NCBI GenBank assembly: GCA_963924565.1
Contig: OZ004615.1
Coordinates: 7,998,001-8,062,000 of the forward strand
Direction: 5' to 3'
Origin: Ascidiella aspersa
Lineage: Eukaryota
Length of the DNA: 64,000 bases
The notes beneath the pieces are model-generated. The model ran no database searches, was not told the DNA's origin, and worked only from the letters and a program-made list of their open reading frames with translations. Shown piece by piece: positions 61,680-64,000 of the stretch. Positions within the stretch are counted from its first letter, which is position 1. Every line of letters starts with the position of its first letter. A program made the translations under genes and the position numbers.

Positions 61680-63598
61680 TTATTTTAAAAGTTTTAATAG
61701 AGTCTGACCTGAATATGCCAGCTTTGTCAGAGTTTCTGCACTTCGATAAATACACTTTTTACATCTTCCTTTTGTTGGCTATGGTATTTATGGCTGGTGA
61801 GTCGTTTAGGCGAAAATTATTTTAACGAAACTTATAGTTATTAGAAAATAATCATCGTAATTACAAAACAGGAACTTTCCACCCGGAGAACAAAAATACT
61901 CCAAATGCAGACACACGCCATGGCCGACAACAATAAACGGGTGCAATTAATGTGGATTAAAACTTGCTACACTGAACATATTAAGATTAATTTTGTCCGA
62001 TAATATCGAACCGGGGCCGATACTCGATGTCAAGTTGCATCTGTATCTGTACTCTTCCGATACTATAGGTTGTAATCGTTCTGATACCAAATTTCAACAA
62101 ATGCCTTATGGGTTAAGTTGGCATACGGCGTGGAAAGTTGTTAATCCAGCCACGTTCGTGTTAACTAACTGTATGACAACTGTTGACCTAAATGTCTAAT
62201 ATTGGCAATGGGAATATGTGATTCGTATTAAATACATTAATTCTGTTGGCAAAGCGCGATATGAAAAAAGATTTTAGTACGACCAATACCAAATCTACAC
62301 GTGTTGAAGATAACTTACAAGAGTATGCTTTTATTAAACAGATTACAACTATGAGGTAATAATGCTATACGTCAAGCGTGACACTTACAATTGTTACCAA
62401 TATTATTTATTTGTTTAAAACTTTGTCTTTAATTTTGTATCTTGACCGGCGACCCAGAAGAGTCATCAAGTGAGCCAACATTAGGTGGCAACTCATAGGC
62501 TAGGTACATAGGGTATTCCTGTGCTATATTATATGCCCGAAATCACAACACACTTGCAATTTTATGACAACCGTCAGCTGCGAACTGTCAATTGCGGACC
62601 TAAGTAAACTTCTTTTACAATGCAGTGTGGTTTAACTTACAGTGAGGCTATGGCAAAAATAATATTTTTTTATTAAGCCCGTTTTAACGTTACAACGCTG
62701 TCTACAAGTTTTGAGTTTTGACGTTCTACACTGCTCTGTCGACAATTCCTCGCGCCAAAGCCATTTAAAGCGTCGCATTTAAATAAACAAACTTCTCTCG
62801 ACGACCTTTTGTTGGCGCCGGCATTTTCGGCCTAATTAGATGAATCGTTTACGGGCAAATTATTTCATTATTACCAATCGTCGTTATTACAAAACGGGAC
62901 CTTTTTAATCCACAACACCAAATGTCCGAAATCCAGACACACGTCACGGTAGTGACGAAATTTAATTCGACCATACTTTAATTTACGCTGGCGAGGTACC
63001 GGATTCAGCGTTAATTTTGCCTTCAGGGTCCATGCAATTAAAAAGCCTTTGAAATAAAAAAAATATGGAACAACTTGCTTATTTATAATCTCCCAACTGC
63101 AATTATTTTCCCTACTATTCTAAATAGGGATGTCAAATATTTAGGATTTTGTTTGGAAACTTACATCTTATATATTTGCCGATAGTGTATCAATGTTAAT
63201 CAATCTTCGACTTTAATGTTATATTCAACAATTAACCTCTCAGTGTACAAAACTGCATTAGATTACAAAACAAGGCGATAAGTAATTTGTTATCGGTTCG
63301 GCATCGATTCTACCAGAGTATTGGAAGTTACAACCAGTTGAAATCGGGTATCGGGACATTGGGTATCAAAACAATCATTGATACAAAACGAAAGTTTGTT
63401 CGCTAGGCTTTGCATAAATAAAAAAAATATTTTAAAAACAGGTCTTATTGCCACCGCGGGAATGCCGGACTACAATTCAAGCAAGCACGCCGCAGTTGGA
63501 CTGCACCAATCGATCTACTTTGACCTGCAGAAGAAGAAGTACGACGGCATCAAAATGACACTGCTGTGTCCCTACCACATCACCACTGGCTTATTTAA
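51706..63598 (+). CDS. SDR-B: tandem SDR16C-family paralogue (RDH10/SDR16C5-like), last exon beyond the window; exons 51706-51764, 54157-54299, 58015-58164, 60869-61027, 63442-63598
   Basis: Exon lengths 59/143/150/159/157 are identical to SDR-A and the frame is open. [66 protein letters not shown], catalytic YNSSK, LCPYHITTGLF. Confidence 0.92.
55699..55738 (-). ncRNA. minimal type I hammerhead ribozyme
   Basis: uuugac-CUGAUGA-a-gcac(gguu)gugc-GAAA-gc-UU^-gucgag; stem I 6 bp including G-U pairs; palindromic AAGCUU. Confidence 0.8.
55799..56989. mobile_element. hAT MITE nested in the small Penelope-like insertion
   Basis: Ends CAGGTTTTCTTAA / TTGAGAACCACTG; TSD GCTTATAC; a related left end occurs at ~28737-28830. 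Confidence 0.85.
55867..56460. mobile_element. MITE nested inside the preceding MITE
   Basis: TIR CATAGGCGTAGCCAG / CTGGCTAAGCCACTG; TSD GCCACGGG/ACCACGGG. Confidence 0.8.
56998..57037 (+). ncRNA. minimal type I hammerhead ribozyme, sense to SDR-B intron 2
   Basis: uuugac-CUGAUGA-a-gcac(gguu)gugc-GAAA-gc-UU^-gccaag; one mismatch in stem I. Confidence 0.72.
57389..57975. mobile_element. adjacent hAT-MITE remnants
   Basis: CAGTGGTT.. start and two TTGAGAAACACT ends; GGCGACC subterminal repeats; TSDs not recognisable. Confidence 0.5.
59333..59597. mobile_element. old, diverged relic of the first Penelope-like family (minus arm 59333-59556 plus short plus-strand arm 59560-59597); hammerhead decayed
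   Basis: 59333-59420 matches the reverse complement of 33420-33509; 59468-59556 matches 30028-30123; 59560-59597 matches 33386-33423 directly. CUGAUGA is kept but GAAA and stem II are mutated. Confidence 0.75.
61645..61673. repeat. (AT)n microsatellite
   Basis: Direct reading. Confidence 0.9.
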
Positions 63599-64000
63599 GT
63601 GAGAAACAAGCGGACACATTATTTGTGAATCGTCTATATTTATTAAAAGCCTACTGCGATTAGGTTATATCCGCAAACGGTCATAAAGTCGTCTGTAATC
63701 AGGGCTGCGGAGTCTTGAGTACAAAACAAGTTCGACTACGGCCTAGAAAATAAAGTGGAGTTCGACTATAGCCAAATTAACCGACCCCATCGATCTCTGA
63801 ATCTGCTTTCGGCTCCGCAATCCTGTTTTCCGTCCATCAACGTAACTAAAATAGGGTCGACATATACTAGAGCAGAAGTTTTCAACCTATGGGCCATGGC
63901 CCAGTAGTGGGCCACGACACTGTTTTTAGTGGGCCACAGAGCTTTGCATACAGTGATGTCAAAAAAAATGTCATTATGAACACATAAGAGTCCGACAGAT

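Overview
AT-rich, intron-containing eukaryotic (animal) DNA. A marine invertebrate such as an ascidian is plausible, but that is inference only. Host genes: (1) the 5' part of a minus-strand I-set immunoglobulin-domain gene of the MLCK/palladin/titin type (exons 21393-20120, then no confidently identifiable exon down to base 1); (2) two tandem plus-strand SDR16C-family short-chain dehydrogenase/reductase paralogues (RDH10/SDR16C5/DHRS3 family) with identical exon sizes. SDR-A is complete (302 aa), has two duplicated TATA-plus-first-exon modules and an NADP(H)-type 'WGRS' motif. SDR-B runs off the window and has an NAD(H)-type 'WDID' motif. The region between the genes and the introns are full of transposons: a very young Penelope-like element (RT + GIY-YIG), a decayed BEL/Pao LTR element and many hAT MITEs with 8-bp TSDs. 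The most striking signal is that three Penelope-like insertions from two families share one architecture: two 5'-truncated copies joined head-to-head, with one arm ending internally and the other carrying an extra 3' tail. Two of the three have minimal hammerhead ribozymes on both arms and a 12-13 bp target-site duplication; for the largest, the empty site is visible in a paralogous repeat in the same window. This suggests reverse transcription primed from both ends of the break on ribozyme-uncleaved templates.
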